DNA of 64,000 bases, taken from positions 1,759 to 65,758 of the forward strand of contig QIFC01000029.1 of NCBI GenBank assembly GCA_003228685.1, read 5' to 3'. The notes under the pieces are model-generated. The model was not told the DNA's origin. It ran no database searches and saw nothing but the letters and a program-made list of their open reading frames with translations. Positions 10,074-20,595 of the stretch are shown here, in pieces. A program made the position numbers and the translations under genes. Within the stretch, counting starts at the first letter, position 1, and each line of letters starts with the position of its first letter. Origin of the DNA: Chloroflexota bacterium. Lineage in GTDB: Bacteria; Chloroflexota; Dehalococcoidia; DSTF01; RBG-16-68-14.

Positions 10074-10952
10074 ATGAGCCGACGTGTGCCATCCGTCCTG
10101 ACGATCGCGGGCTCCGACTCCGGCGCGGGCGCCGGCATTCAGGCCGACCTCAAGACGTTCGCGGCCATGGGCGTCTTCGGCACGACCGCCATCACGGCCA
10201 TCACCGCCCAGAACACACTTGGCGTGCAGGATGTCCTGGCGTTGCCGCCGGAGTTGATCGCGGCGCAGATCGACGCCGTGGCGGGCGACATCGGCGCCGA
10301 CGTCGTGAAGACCGGCATGCTCGCGAACGTCGAGATCGTCGATGTCGTCGTCGCGAAGGTGACCGAGCACGCGCTCAGCCCGCTTGTCGTCGACCCGGTG
10401 ATGGTGTCGAGCAGCGGCGCCCGCCTCTTCGAGGACGACGCCGTGGACGCGATCCGGGAACGGCTCCTGCCGCTCGCGACGATCATCACGCCCAACCTGC
10501 GGGAGGCTGAAGTCCTGCTCGGACGCAAGCTGACTTCGTGGGAGGAGATCCGGGCCGGCGCGGAGGAGCTGGTCGCGATGGGCGCGGGCGCGGCGATTAT
10601 TAAGGGTGGCCACCCCGCAGTCGAAGGTAGCGAAGGCGCCGCGACCGACCTGCTCTACGACAGCGAGGGCCTGCGCGAGTACACCACCACCCGCATCGAC
10701 ACCAACAACACGCACGGCACCGGCTGCACGTTCGCGTCGGCGATCGCGGCGGCGCTGGCGCGCGGGACCAACCTGCGGGGGTCGGTCGCGATGGCGAAGG
10801 CCTACGTTACGAAGGCGCTCCAGAGCGCGTATCCAGTCGGCCAAGGGCACGGGCCCGTTCATCACTTCTTCAGGTTCTGGCAACCAGGCCTGTACGACAC
10901 TGCGCAAGTAGCAGCCCAACAGACAACGGCGCAGCAAGCAGCGGACAACTAG
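10074..10952 (+). CDS. thiD: Hydroxymethylpyrimidine/phosphomethylpyrimidine kinase
   Basis: LTIAGSDSGAGAGIQADLKTF and NTHGTGCTFASAIAA motifs. Downstream of the TPP riboswitch. Confidence 0.9.
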   Translation: MSRRVPSVLTIAGSDSGAGAGIQADLKTFAAMGVFGTTAITAITAQNTLGVQDVLALPPELIAAQIDAVAGDIGADVVKTGMLANVEIVDVVVAKVTEHALSPLVVDPVMVSSSGARLFEDDAVDAIRERLLPLATIITPNLREAEVLLGRKLTSWEEIRAGAEELVAMGAGAAIIKGGHPAVEGSEGAATDLLYDSEGLREYTTTRIDTNNTHGTGCTFASAIAAALARGTNLRGSVAMAKAYVTKALQSAYPVGQGHGPVHHFFRFWQPGLYDTAQVAAQQTTAQQAADN

Positions 10953-10955
10953 TAG

Positions 10956-12302
<1,347 letters not shown>

Positions 12303-12356
12303 GTGCGACCAACACCGCCGACTGAAGCCGGCGGCATAAGGACAGCAGAGAAGTAG

Positions 12357-12378
12357 GGACAGACGTTCAAGTCTGTCC
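12357..12378 (+). other. Perfect 8-bp stem hairpin at the left junction of the lower-GC island
   Basis: GGACAGAC-gttcaa-GTCTGTCC. It is preceded by a second hairpin, CCGCCG-actgaagc-CGGCGG (about 12314-12333). There is no U-tract, so it is not a canonical terminator. Confidence 0.3.
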
Positions 12379-12409
12379 AGCAAACGAAACGGAACGAAAG
12401 AAGCGTGCG

Positions 12410-13270
12410 GTGAGCATAGACATACTGGAAATCCTGGGGCTGCGGGGCTTCGATACGAATCGTCGCATTAAGCTTGTACGTCATCAAGACGCACGCTACG
12501 ACGTCCTTGACCTACAGCGGCACGGTTGGCTCGAAACATACCAAGCCTTCCAGGCACCGGGCGTTTTCGACAAGGTGGACTGCTTCATCTGCTTCGTAGG
12601 CGTAGGTGGTACGAGGGCACGGCTCGTGGGGATCTACGACGTCTTAGGGCGCAAGCCAGGCCATGAAGGGATATTGCCCGCAGGATGCCCCTTCCCAGAG
12701 GATTGGAAAGAGTCATACTACTACGAACTGCGCCGAGAGCCGGGCTTCGAAGACCTTGAGAATCGCGTTGTAATCGAGTGGGGTCGTGCGACCAGGGCTT
12801 GGCATCAGTGGCTAAAGAACAAGGAGGTCGCAAACAAGGAAGTCGTGGAAATCCTGTCAAGCGGCGCAATCCTTCCACCGTTTGACGACTACCTCGGGTT
12901 TACTCTGACTCACTCCGAACTCAAGGACGTATGCTCACAGCCCGATGTGAACGCAGAGTGGCGTGCGCGCCTGAGCGCTATTGCCGGCGTCTACCTCATA
13001 CTGGCGACAACGACAGGACAGCAATATGTCGGATCGGCAACTGGCGTCGAGGGAGTCTGGGGGCGGTGGACTGAATACGCCAAAAACGGACATGGCGGAA
13101 ACAAGCTGTTGAAGAAGCTCATCCAGAACGACGCTGCATATCCAGACGCCTTCAAATATTCGATCCTTCAGATTCTCCCGCCGACCTTTGCTCGAAGCGT
13201 TGTGTTGGATTCCGAACGCCTTTACAAGGAGAAGCTCGGCAGCCTCGCAACAGGCCTCAACGAGAATTGA
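12410..13270 (+). CDS. GIY-YIG nuclease-domain protein (unknown ~180-aa N-terminal domain, C-terminal GIY-YIG)
   Basis: C-terminal IAGVYLILATTTGQQYVGSATGVEGVWGRWTEY...YKEKLGS fits the GIY-(x10)-YVG core. GTG start. GC is clearly lower than in flanking thi genes (hand count 53% for 12421-12480 against 75% for a thiC line). Confidence 0.65.
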   Translation: MSIDILEILGLRGFDTNRRIKLVRHQDARYDVLDLQRHGWLETYQAFQAPGVFDKVDCFICFVGVGGTRARLVGIYDVLGRKPGHEGILPAGCPFPEDWKESYYYELRREPGFEDLENRVVIEWGRATRAWHQWLKNKEVANKEVVEILSSGAILPPFDDYLGFTLTHSELKDVCSQPDVNAEWRARLSAIAGVYLILATTTGQQYVGSATGVEGVWGRWTEYAKNGHGGNKLLKKLIQNDAAYPDAFKYSILQILPPTFARSVVLDSERLYKEKLGSLATGLNEN

Positions 13271-13271
13271 C

Positions 13272-13499
13272 ATGACCTTCCTCATCCGCAAACTGGCCGG
13301 AAGCTGGCGCTCCGCGACGCGGGCGCGGCTGCTCTACATCGTGATGGCGAGTGCCTTCTGCGGGCTCGCTGTGGTAGCGGCGGTGCGCGGCAGCGGTGGG
13401 GTCGCCAGCATCGCGGCGATCGTCGCGATCGTAACGCTGGGCGTGGCCGTCATCGCACCGCGGCTCTCCGCAGCAACGCGAGGGAGCAGAAACACCTAG
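13272..13499 (+). CDS. Possible small membrane protein (75 aa, two hydrophobic segments)
   Basis: ATG at 13272, immediately after the GIY-YIG stop. Hydrophobic stretches are LLYIVMASAFCGLAVVAAV and IAAIVAIVTLGVAVIA. This is a high-GC patch, so it could be a spurious ORF. Confidence 0.3.
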   Translation: MTFLIRKLAGSWRSATRARLLYIVMASAFCGLAVVAAVRGSGGVASIAAIVAIVTLGVAVIAPRLSAATRGSRNT

Positions 13500-13539
13500 C
13501 AGCTTCGCTAGAATGGAGTTGGGCGACGATTGGAGGTGA

Positions 13540-13962
13540 ATGGTTATGGTAAGAACATGGGCTGACGAGATGGCAGACTGTCAACAAGTAGTTTACCCCT
13601 TGCTGGAAGAACTGCGCGACGAGATTGGCTCCGATCTCAAATGGGAGTTCGTCCCCGAACTCGGATTCGAATTTGATGCTGTAGCTCTGGAACTCACCCG
13701 CGAGACCGGGCGATTGCGGGTGTTTGTGACATTCGAAGCTTGGGTCAACGCGTCAAGCGATCCAGGCGACATGCAAGACAGGCTCCGGCAGGTGGTGAAG
13801 AAGATCGGCACGACCAAGAATGCCGGCTATGTAATTACAAGCACCGGCGTGATCGAGAAGCCGCCCCGAGCTTCTACGCAGCAACTCCTCGACGACGCAG
13901 CAGCAATTGAAGCCGACGTTGAAACAGAGCGATTTCGGAAGTCGCTGAAGGCCCCAAGGTAG
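13540..13962 (+). CDS. Hypothetical protein (140 aa) in the antitoxin position upstream of the RelE/ParE-like gene
   Basis: GGAGG SD upstream and lower GC (53% hand count for 13561-13620). I recognise no family. Its stop lies 7 nt before the next start. Confidence 0.5.
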   Translation: MVMVRTWADEMADCQQVVYPLLEELRDEIGSDLKWEFVPELGFEFDAVALELTRETGRLRVFVTFEAWVNASSDPGDMQDRLRQVVKKIGTTKNAGYVITSTGVIEKPPRASTQQLLDDAAAIEADVETERFRKSLKAPR

Positions 13963-13968
13963 GACCTC

Positions 13969-14217
13969 GTGCTCTACATCCTCTTTCGCCCAGCAGCTGG
14001 CGTGCGCCTCATGAGCCTACCTGGGTGGAACCGCGAGAGAATTGCTGACGCGATCATGCTTCTGGCTGAATCGCCACGACCACGAAACGCTCGGAAAATA
14101 CCGGGAGGAGGATACTCGTTTGACATCTGGGTCGGGCAGACGCGCGTCCTGTATCGAATCATCCGCAATGATCGAGATAAGGAAGACATCGGCATCATCA
14201 TTCTACGAATTGCTTGA
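13969..14217 (+). CDS. RelE/ParE-superfamily toxin-like protein
   Basis: Pattern YILFRPAAGVRLMSLPGWNRERIADAIMLLAESPRPRNARKIPGGGYSFDIWVGQTRVLYRII...IGIIILRI. This matches the RelE/ParE layout (A..dL..L......i...i..L...P.p...k.l.....y.irvG.yRviY.i). The stop is 10 nt before the thiG ATG. Confidence 0.5.
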   Translation: MLYILFRPAAGVRLMSLPGWNRERIADAIMLLAESPRPRNARKIPGGGYSFDIWVGQTRVLYRIIRNDRDKEDIGIIILRIA

Positions 14218-14226
14218 GGACTTGAC

Positions 14227-15033
14227 ATGAACGACAACCTAGTCATAGCGGGCAAGGAGTTCAGCTCGCGCCTGATCCTGGGCACGGGCAAGTACGACAG
14301 CCCGGAGACCTGCCTGGCGGCGCTGGAGGCGTCCGGGACGGAGATCGTCACCGTCGCGATCCGGCGGCTCGACCTCGATAACCCGGACAAGCCGACTGAG
14401 CTGGACTACATCGATTGGAAGAAGTACACGATCCTGCCGAACACGGCCGGCAGCAAGACCGTCGAGGAGGCGCTGCTGACGGCCCGCCTCGGCCGCGAGC
14501 TGACCGGCTCAGAGTGGGTCAAGCTGGAGGTGATCCCCGACGCGAAGTACCTCCTGCCCGACCCCATCAGCACGCTGGAGGCGGCGCAGACGCTGATCGG
14601 CGAGGGCTTCACCGTGCTGCCTTACATCCACGCCGACCCCGTCCTCGCGGGCAGGCTGGAGGAGGCCGGCTGCGCCACGGTCATGCCGTTGGGCTCCGCG
14701 ATCGGCTCCGGCCAAGGGATCCTGACGCTGGACGAGGTGAAGATCATCGTAGAGGAGGCCCACGTGCCCGTCGTCGTCGACGCAGGCATCGGGGCGCCGT
14801 CCGACGCCGCGCTCGCGATGGAGATCGGTGCCGACGCCGTGTTGCTGAACACGGCCGTCGCGCTGTCCGAGGACCCGCCGAGCATGGCGGAGGCCATGAG
14901 GCAGGCGGTCGAGGCCGGACGCAAGGCCTATCTGGCCGGCCGCATTCCGAAGAAGGCGTACGCTTCCGCCAGCAGCCCGCTCGAAGGCGTTGTCCGCACG
15001 ACCGAGGGGCCACGCCGGATCCCGGTCTCGTAA
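14227..15033 (+). CDS. thiG: Thiazole synthase
   Basis: SRLILGTGKY, NTAG and GSAIGSGQG motifs. 268 aa, a typical length. Confidence 0.95.
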   Translation: MNDNLVIAGKEFSSRLILGTGKYDSPETCLAALEASGTEIVTVAIRRLDLDNPDKPTELDYIDWKKYTILPNTAGSKTVEEALLTARLGRELTGSEWVKLEVIPDAKYLLPDPISTLEAAQTLIGEGFTVLPYIHADPVLAGRLEEAGCATVMPLGSAIGSGQGILTLDEVKIIVEEAHVPVVVDAGIGAPSDAALAMEIGADAVLLNTAVALSEDPPSMAEAMRQAVEAGRKAYLAGRIPKKAYASASSPLEGVVRTTEGPRRIPVS

Positions 15034-15070
15034 CGACGTGGGCCAAGAAGCCGGGCTTCGGCAGGCGCGC

Positions 15071-15715
15071 ATGACGCGCTGGCCGGCGCCCTGCCTGATG
15101 TTGATCACGGACCGCTCCCGACTGCGTGGCCGCCAACTGGATGAGGTCGCCTCGCAGGCCGTGGAGGGAGGCGTACACGCCGTACAAGTTCGCGAGAAGG
15201 ATCTATCTCGCGCCGAACTGTTCGAACTCGCCGTACCGCTTCACGCCGCCCTGCGCGGCCGAGCATTGCTGCTCGTCAACAGCCGGATCGATGTCGCGCT
15301 CGCGGTCGGGGCTGACGGCGTCCATTTTCCGGAGCGAGGCCTACCGCCTCAGCAGGCCCGCAACATGGCAAAAGACGTCTGCTGCACTATTGGCCGTTCC
15401 GTCCACAGCGCCGAGGCCGCCGTCGCTGCTGAGGCGGACGGCGCCGACTATGTGCAGGTCGGGACGGTGTTCGAGACGGCCTCTAAGCCGGGGCGCCCCG
15501 CCGCGAGCCTCAGCCTTGTCCGCGATGTCCGTGACGCCGTCGGCATCCCGATCATCGCCGTCGGTGGCATCAACGCAAGCAATGCGGCCGGCGTCATCGC
15601 GGCGGGCGCGGATGGCGTCGCCGTGATCGGCGCGATCACGGACGCGGACGACCCACGGCAGGCCGCCCGCGACCTCCGCAGAGAGATCGACGCCGCATAC
15701 GCGGGCTGCCGATGA
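15071..15715 (+). CDS. ThiE/TenI-family protein, TenI-like (possible thiazole tautomerase)
   Basis: TIM-barrel family pattern with [33 protein letters not shown]. To my memory this resembles B. subtilis TenI (GHVFETDCK) more than ThiE (GPIYPTxTK). Its position between thiG and thiS matches the tenI operon context. Start moved to the ATG at 15071. Confidence 0.7.
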   Translation: MTRWPAPCLMLITDRSRLRGRQLDEVASQAVEGGVHAVQVREKDLSRAELFELAVPLHAALRGRALLLVNSRIDVALAVGADGVHFPERGLPPQQARNMAKDVCCTIGRSVHSAEAAVAAEADGADYVQVGTVFETASKPGRPAASLSLVRDVRDAVGIPIIAVGGINASNAAGVIAAGADGVAVIGAITDADDPRQAARDLRREIDAAYAGCR

Positions 15716-15927
15716 TCATCCTCACGCTGAACGGCGAATCCCGGACGTTCGACGACGACACGACGATCGCCGCGCTGCTCGAGACCATCGACATCGGCCA
15801 GCGCGAGGTCGCGGTCGCTGTGAACGGCGAAGTCGTCCCGAGGACGGAGCACGCAAGCACCCTACTGCGCGACGCGGACGCCGTTGAGATCGTACGCATG
15901 ATTGGCGGAGGCAGTCTGGAAGCTTGA
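15712..15927 (+). CDS. thiS: Sulfur-carrier protein ThiS, with a 4-aa tail after the GGG terminus
   Basis: About 70-aa beta-grasp pattern ending [14 protein letters not shown]. Overlaps both the upstream and downstream genes. Confidence 0.8.
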   Translation: MIILTLNGESRTFDDDTTIAALLETIDIGQREVAVAVNGEVVPRTEHASTLLRDADAVEIVRMIGGGSLEA

Positions 15928-17063
15928 AGCTGGAAACTTCACCATCGAACCAGGACGGCGCCGATGTGGTGATCGTGGGCGCGGGGATCATCGGCTGTGC
16001 CATCGCGTACGAGCTGTCGCGGCGCGGAGCTTCCTGCATCATGATCGACAGCCGGCTCGCGGGCATGGCCTCCACCAACGCCGCCGCCGGCATTCTGGCG
16101 CCGCTGGCGGAGTTCCAGCGGCCAGGCGCGCTCGTTCAGCTAGGCATGGAGAGCCTGCGGCTCTACCCGCAGTGGGTCGAGCGCCTCGCCGAGGAGGCGC
16201 CGGACATCGACGTCGAGTTCCAGCTCAACGGCGTGCTGCGAGTCGCATTCACCGAGGAGGAGCTGGCCGAGCTGCGCAAGGGTCTCCGCTATCAGGATGA
16301 GGCCGGTCTGGAGCTGGTCGATCTGGATCAGACTATAGTTCGTGAGGTCGAACCCAGGCTCAGTAGGAACGTCGTCGGAGGGCTGCTCTGCCCCGACGAG
16401 GGCCAAGTGAGCAACCAGCTATTCACGCTCGCGCTCTCCCGCGCGGCCAAGCAGCGTGGGGTACGCTTCTGCGAGCGCAATCCAGTGACAGGCTTTCGGC
16501 GCTCTCAGGGCCGCGTTACGGCGGTCCGCACAGCGATGGGCGAATACGCCTGCGACCAGATTGTGCTAGCCGCCGGCCCGTGGACGAGGCCAATCGCGAA
16601 AAAGCTCGGAGCGGACGTGCCGACGCGCCCGATACGGGGCCAGATGGTAGCGCTGGGCGGCATGAGGACGCCGATCCGCCACGTCGTGTGGGGGCCGCGC
16701 GGCTACCTGGTACCACGAGCGAACGGGCTGGTCTTCGCGGGCGCGACGGTCGAGGACGTGGGCTTCCGCTTCGGCACGACGCAACGCGGCCTCGCCCAGG
16801 TACGACGCGCGGCGAAGGAACTGGTCCCACAGCTCAGCCAGGCACAGGACCAATTCACCTGGTTCGGCCTGCGCCCCGGCTCGCCGGACGGCCTGCCGAT
16901 GCTCGGCGCGCTGCCCGGATGGGAGAACGTCACGCTCGCAACGGGCCACTTCCGCAACGGCATCCTGCTCGCCCCTATCACGGGCGAACTGATCGCCGAA
17001 GAGATCCTCGCAGGCCGGCCCAACGAACGTCTGGCGCCGTTCGGTCCAGACCGGTTCGAGTAG
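15924..17063 (+). CDS. thiO: Glycine oxidase (FAD-dependent)
   Basis: [22 protein letters not shown] dinucleotide fold, DAO-family length, thi operon context. Confidence 0.85.
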   Translation: MKLETSPSNQDGADVVIVGAGIIGCAIAYELSRRGASCIMIDSRLAGMASTNAAAGILAPLAEFQRPGALVQLGMESLRLYPQWVERLAEEAPDIDVEFQLNGVLRVAFTEEELAELRKGLRYQDEAGLELVDLDQTIVREVEPRLSRNVVGGLLCPDEGQVSNQLFTLALSRAAKQRGVRFCERNPVTGFRRSQGRVTAVRTAMGEYACDQIVLAAGPWTRPIAKKLGADVPTRPIRGQMVALGGMRTPIRHVVWGPRGYLVPRANGLVFAGATVEDVGFRFGTTQRGLAQVRRAAKELVPQLSQAQDQFTWFGLRPGSPDGLPMLGALPGWENVTLATGHFRNGILLAPITGELIAEEILAGRPNERLAPFGPDRFE

Positions 17064-17100
17064 AGGACGCTATGAGCGAGGGGCGTTCAGTTGAACGCGC

Positions 17101-17982
17101 CTACCCCGCATCCTCTGGCGAGGCGGCGGGCTCGTGTCGCCCGCCAACGCCGGAAAGCGCGTCCCACAATTGCTTCGTCCAGGCGCCACTCGCGACACCG
17201 ATATCGCGTCGCTGGAACATCAGCGCGGCCAGGCCCGTCGCGACGATCGCCGTTCCCAGAAGGACCGCAGCGCCGGCCACGTCCACGCCATTCGTCACGA
17301 CTTGGTCTGAATGGAAGTAGTAAAACAGCGAGGCCGGCCGCAGCACGTCCAACACGTCCGAAGCCTGGCCGAGCGTGTTGACGAAGAAGCTGACCACGGC
17401 AAGCACGGTCATCGCGCTCGCCGCGTCACGTCTCGTGGACACGACCGTCGCCGCAAGGAGAGCGAGCGCAGCGAAGGCGAGCATAAGCGGGACCATAGCG
17501 ATTGTCGCGACGATCAGCCGGCCGAGGCTGACGTCGATGTCCACGGAGCCATAGGGAATCAGCCAGCCGGGCAGTATGAGCACGATGATCGCGAACGTTC
17601 CCACGATGATGGACGCTGCCTTCTCAAGAAACAGCCGCCCTCTGCTGATGGGCTGAGCCAGCAGCAAATCGAGCGTGCCGTTGGATTCTTCGCCTGCCAG
17701 CGCACCCGTGCCTTGAATAATCGCATAGACCACCAACAGGATCGGTATCCAGCTAAAGAATTCGGCGGTGATAAAGCCGGACGCGCTGGCGATGTCGACA
17801 TCGCCGATGAACGCCTGCATGGCCGGAGGTATTTCGAAATCCTCCAGCGCTTCCGAATAGCTCGGATAAATCCCCAGGATGAGTGCGGCCATGAGCGCGC
17901 TGCCGAGGCCGAAGCCGAGCACCATCCAGCGCTGGTCCTTCATCGCTCTGAGAAAGATGCTAGGCCTGCTCATGCACCGCAC
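17101..17982 (-). CDS. ABC-2 family transporter permease
   Basis: Six predicted TM segments. Translationally coupled to the upstream ATPase (23-nt overlap). Confidence 0.7.
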   Translation of the reverse strand: MRCMSRPSIFLRAMKDQRWMVLGFGLGSALMAALILGIYPSYSEALEDFEIPPAMQAFIGDVDIASASGFITAEFFSWIPILLVVYAIIQGTGALAGEESNGTLDLLLAQPISRGRLFLEKAASIIVGTFAIIVLILPGWLIPYGSVDIDVSLGRLIVATIAMVPLMLAFAALALLAATVVSTRRDAASAMTVLAVVSFFVNTLGQASDVLDVLRPASLFYYFHSDQVVTNGVDVAGAAVLLGTAIVATGLAALMFQRRDIGVASGAWTKQLWDALSGVGGRHEPAASPEDAG

Positions 17983-18883
17983 CCTCCTCCTCTGAAGTCT
18001 CCTCGTAGTAGGCCAGGAAGATTTCCTCCAAGCTCGCTTGTTCTGTCCGCAGATCCGTTACTCGGTAGTCTGCGATCGCCTTGATCAGGTCGTCCAGCCC
18101 TTCTCGCACCTGTAGGCGGACAGTGTTGTTCTCTCGTCGCACGATTTCGACCCCGGGCAGGTTCAGTGCGCCATCGAGGGGCGGCTCCGCGAATGTGATC
18201 TCAATGATGCGCAGCTCTCGCTCCTTCAGCTTCGCCACCTCCTCTACAGCGGCGAGCTCACCTTCCCTGATGATGCCAACGCGCCGGCAGATCTTGGCCA
18301 CGTCCGACAGGACGTGTGACGAGAAGAAGACCGTGCGCCCATCGGCAGCCGCCTCGGAAACTAGATTCCAGAGCTCCTGCTTGACCAGAGGGTCGAGGCC
18401 GGCGGCCGGTTCATCGAGGATGACGACCGCGGGACGGTGCATCAACGCCTGCACCAGCCCCAGCTTTTGCCGGTTGCCTGTTGAATACGCCTCTACGTTC
18501 TTGGATGGGTCGAGCTGGAGCCGCTCCAGCAGGCTGTCGAGATAGTGTCCGTCGACTGGTCCTGGGCGGAGCGACGCGAAGAACCTTAACAGCTCACTGC
18601 CCGTGAGCCCTTTGTATAGATTGAGGTCGCCGGGCAAGTAGCCTGTGCGACGCCGCACGTCGAGCGACTTCCGCTGGCAGTCGTAGCCCATCACGGATGC
18701 CCGTCCCGCCGTCGGACGAATCAGGTCCACGAGCACGCGGATGGCGGTCGTCTTTCCTGCGCCGTTCGGGCCCAGGAAGCCAAACACTTCGCCCTCGTTG
18801 ACCTCCAGGTTTAGGTCGTCCACAGCGCGCACGGGTCCGAAGTCGCGCGTCAAGCCCTCGATAAGGATGGCAGGAGCGGTCAT
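17960..18883 (-). CDS. ABC transporter ATP-binding protein
   Basis: Walker [10 protein letters not shown], signature YSTGNRQKLG, Walker B VVILDEP. Confidence 0.9.
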   Translation of the reverse strand: MTAPAILIEGLTRDFGPVRAVDDLNLEVNEGEVFGFLGPNGAGKTTAIRVLVDLIRPTAGRASVMGYDCQRKSLDVRRRTGYLPGDLNLYKGLTGSELLRFFASLRPGPVDGHYLDSLLERLQLDPSKNVEAYSTGNRQKLGLVQALMHRPAVVILDEPAAGLDPLVKQELWNLVSEAAADGRTVFFSSHVLSDVAKICRRVGIIREGELAAVEEVAKLKERELRIIEITFAEPPLDGALNLPGVEIVRRENNTVRLQVREGLDDLIKAIADYRVTDLRTEQASLEEIFLAYYEETSEEEGAVHEQA

Positions 18884-18922
18884 AGCTTCAGCATATGCGC
18901 ATCACGCTTGCGAACGCGAGGG

Positions 18923-19567
18923 TCAAAGAGCACTACCTCGCCCCTGCCGTTCGACTAGCTCTCTCGACGCCGATTGAGGGTCATCCGCGCCGCAGACGGC
19001 GCTGATGACGGCCACGGCGTCCGCCCCCGCCCGCACGACTTCCTCGATGTTGGACGCGTCGATGCCGCCGATGGCGACCACGGGCACGCTTACGGCCGCC
19101 TTCACCTCGCTCAGACGCTCAGGGCTCGCCGCGCGCGTGCGCTCGGGATCTTTCGATTTGGTTGGATAGATGCTCCCTATCGCAACGTAAGACGCGCCCG
19201 CGGACTCGGCTTCCAGCGCTTCGCTGACGTTGTTTGTTGAGGCGCCAACCATGAAGCCGGCCGGGGCGACACGGCACACCTCTTCCACGGGAGCATCGTC
19301 CTGCCCGAGATGCACACCATCCGCGCCCGCAGCCAGCGCCAGATCCGCGTGATCGTTCACGAACAGCAGCGCGCCGTGTTCCGCGCACAGCTCCCGGAGC
19401 GCCTGTACCTCTGCGAGTTGCGCTCGCTTCTCGCGGCGCTTGTCGCGCCACTGAAGCATCGACGCGCCGCCCTCCAATGCCTGCCTGGCGACCTGTAATA
19501 CGTCGCGTCCGAGGCACGCTTCCGGGTCGATGATGACGTAGAGTCCGCTGATCTTCGCGTCTGCCAT
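18923..19567 (-). CDS. thiE: Thiamine-phosphate synthase
   Basis: LYVIIDPE start and the GSIYPTKSK motif typical of true ThiE. AIGGI and GADAVAVISAV follow. Confidence 0.8.
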   Translation of the reverse strand: MADAKISGLYVIIDPEACLGRDVLQVARQALEGGASMLQWRDKRREKRAQLAEVQALRELCAEHGALLFVNDHADLALAAGADGVHLGQDDAPVEEVCRVAPAGFMVGASTNNVSEALEAESAGASYVAIGSIYPTKSKDPERTRAASPERLSEVKAAVSVPVVAIGGIDASNIEEVVRAGADAVAVISAVCGADDPQSASRELVERQGRGSAL

Positions 19568-19632
19568 AGGAACTTCATTCTACGAAGGCGCGGTACACGG
19601 GGACAGGCGACACGCGGCTAGTATCATGAGTT

Positions 19633-20595
19633 GTGCGACCACATCAGTTCGCCATGCTTATCACGCTGAGCATCATCTGGGGCTCAGCGTTCATGCTCGT
19701 TGAGGTCGTCCTGGAGGATGTGCCACCGCTCACGCTCGTGGCCGGGAGGCTCACGGGCGCGTTCCTTTTCTTGGGAGCGGCGTTCGCGATCAGCGGCCGG
19801 CCGTTCCCTCGCGATGCGGCGTCCTGGCGGGCGTTTGTCTTCCTCGGCGTGGTCAACAACGTGTTTCCCTTCATCCTGCTGACGTGGGGGCAAGACCGCA
19901 TCGATAGCAGCCAGGCCGCGATCCTCGTCGCGAGCATGCCGCTTTCGACTGTGCTGATCGCCCACTTCTGGATCAACGAGCGGCTCACGGTCGACCGAAT
20001 GCTGGGCGTGCTCGTTGGATTCGGCGGCGTCTTCCTGCTGGTCGGCGGGGACTTGCGCGACCTAACCGGTTCCGGCACGCTAGGGCAGCTCGCCGTGATC
20101 GCGGGCGCCGTCGGCTACTCCACCGGCACGGTGTTCGCTCGCCGCTACTTGCAGGACGCGGACATCGTCACCACGGCTATGGGCCAAACGCTGGCCGGCA
20201 CGGCGATCATGATCCCGTTGGCGCTGGCCGTCGATACTCCATTCGACCTATCTCTCTCAGGAAAGACCGTTGTCGCATGGGTGGCGATGGGCGTGTTCCC
20301 CAGCGGCGTCGCCTACCTGATCTTCTTCCGCCTCGTCCGCCAGGTCTCGGCGACGCAGGCCTCGATGGTAACCTACCTGATCCCGGTCACGGCGATCCTG
20401 CTGGGCGTACTTGTCCTTGACGAAAGCGTGGCTTCGAGCAGCTTCGCGGGATTGGCGCTGATCATTGCAGGCATCTGGGTCGTGAACGGAGGCGGCGGGT
20501 GGTTCTGGGCGAGGTTCCGGCGTCGCCATGCCGCCATGCCAACGCCAGCCGGCATCGACGACGTCGACACGGACAGCCTTACCAGCGGACGATAG
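19633..20595 (+). CDS. EamA/DMT-family transporter
   Basis: Ten TM segments as two EamA repeats. WGSAF motif near the N-terminus. Confidence 0.8.
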   Translation: MRPHQFAMLITLSIIWGSAFMLVEVVLEDVPPLTLVAGRLTGAFLFLGAAFAISGRPFPRDAASWRAFVFLGVVNNVFPFILLTWGQDRIDSSQAAILVASMPLSTVLIAHFWINERLTVDRMLGVLVGFGGVFLLVGGDLRDLTGSGTLGQLAVIAGAVGYSTGTVFARRYLQDADIVTTAMGQTLAGTAIMIPLALAVDTPFDLSLSGKTVVAWVAMGVFPSGVAYLIFFRLVRQVSATQASMVTYLIPVTAILLGVLVLDESVASSSFAGLALIIAGIWVVNGGGGWFWARFRRRHAAMPTPAGIDDVDTDSLTSGR

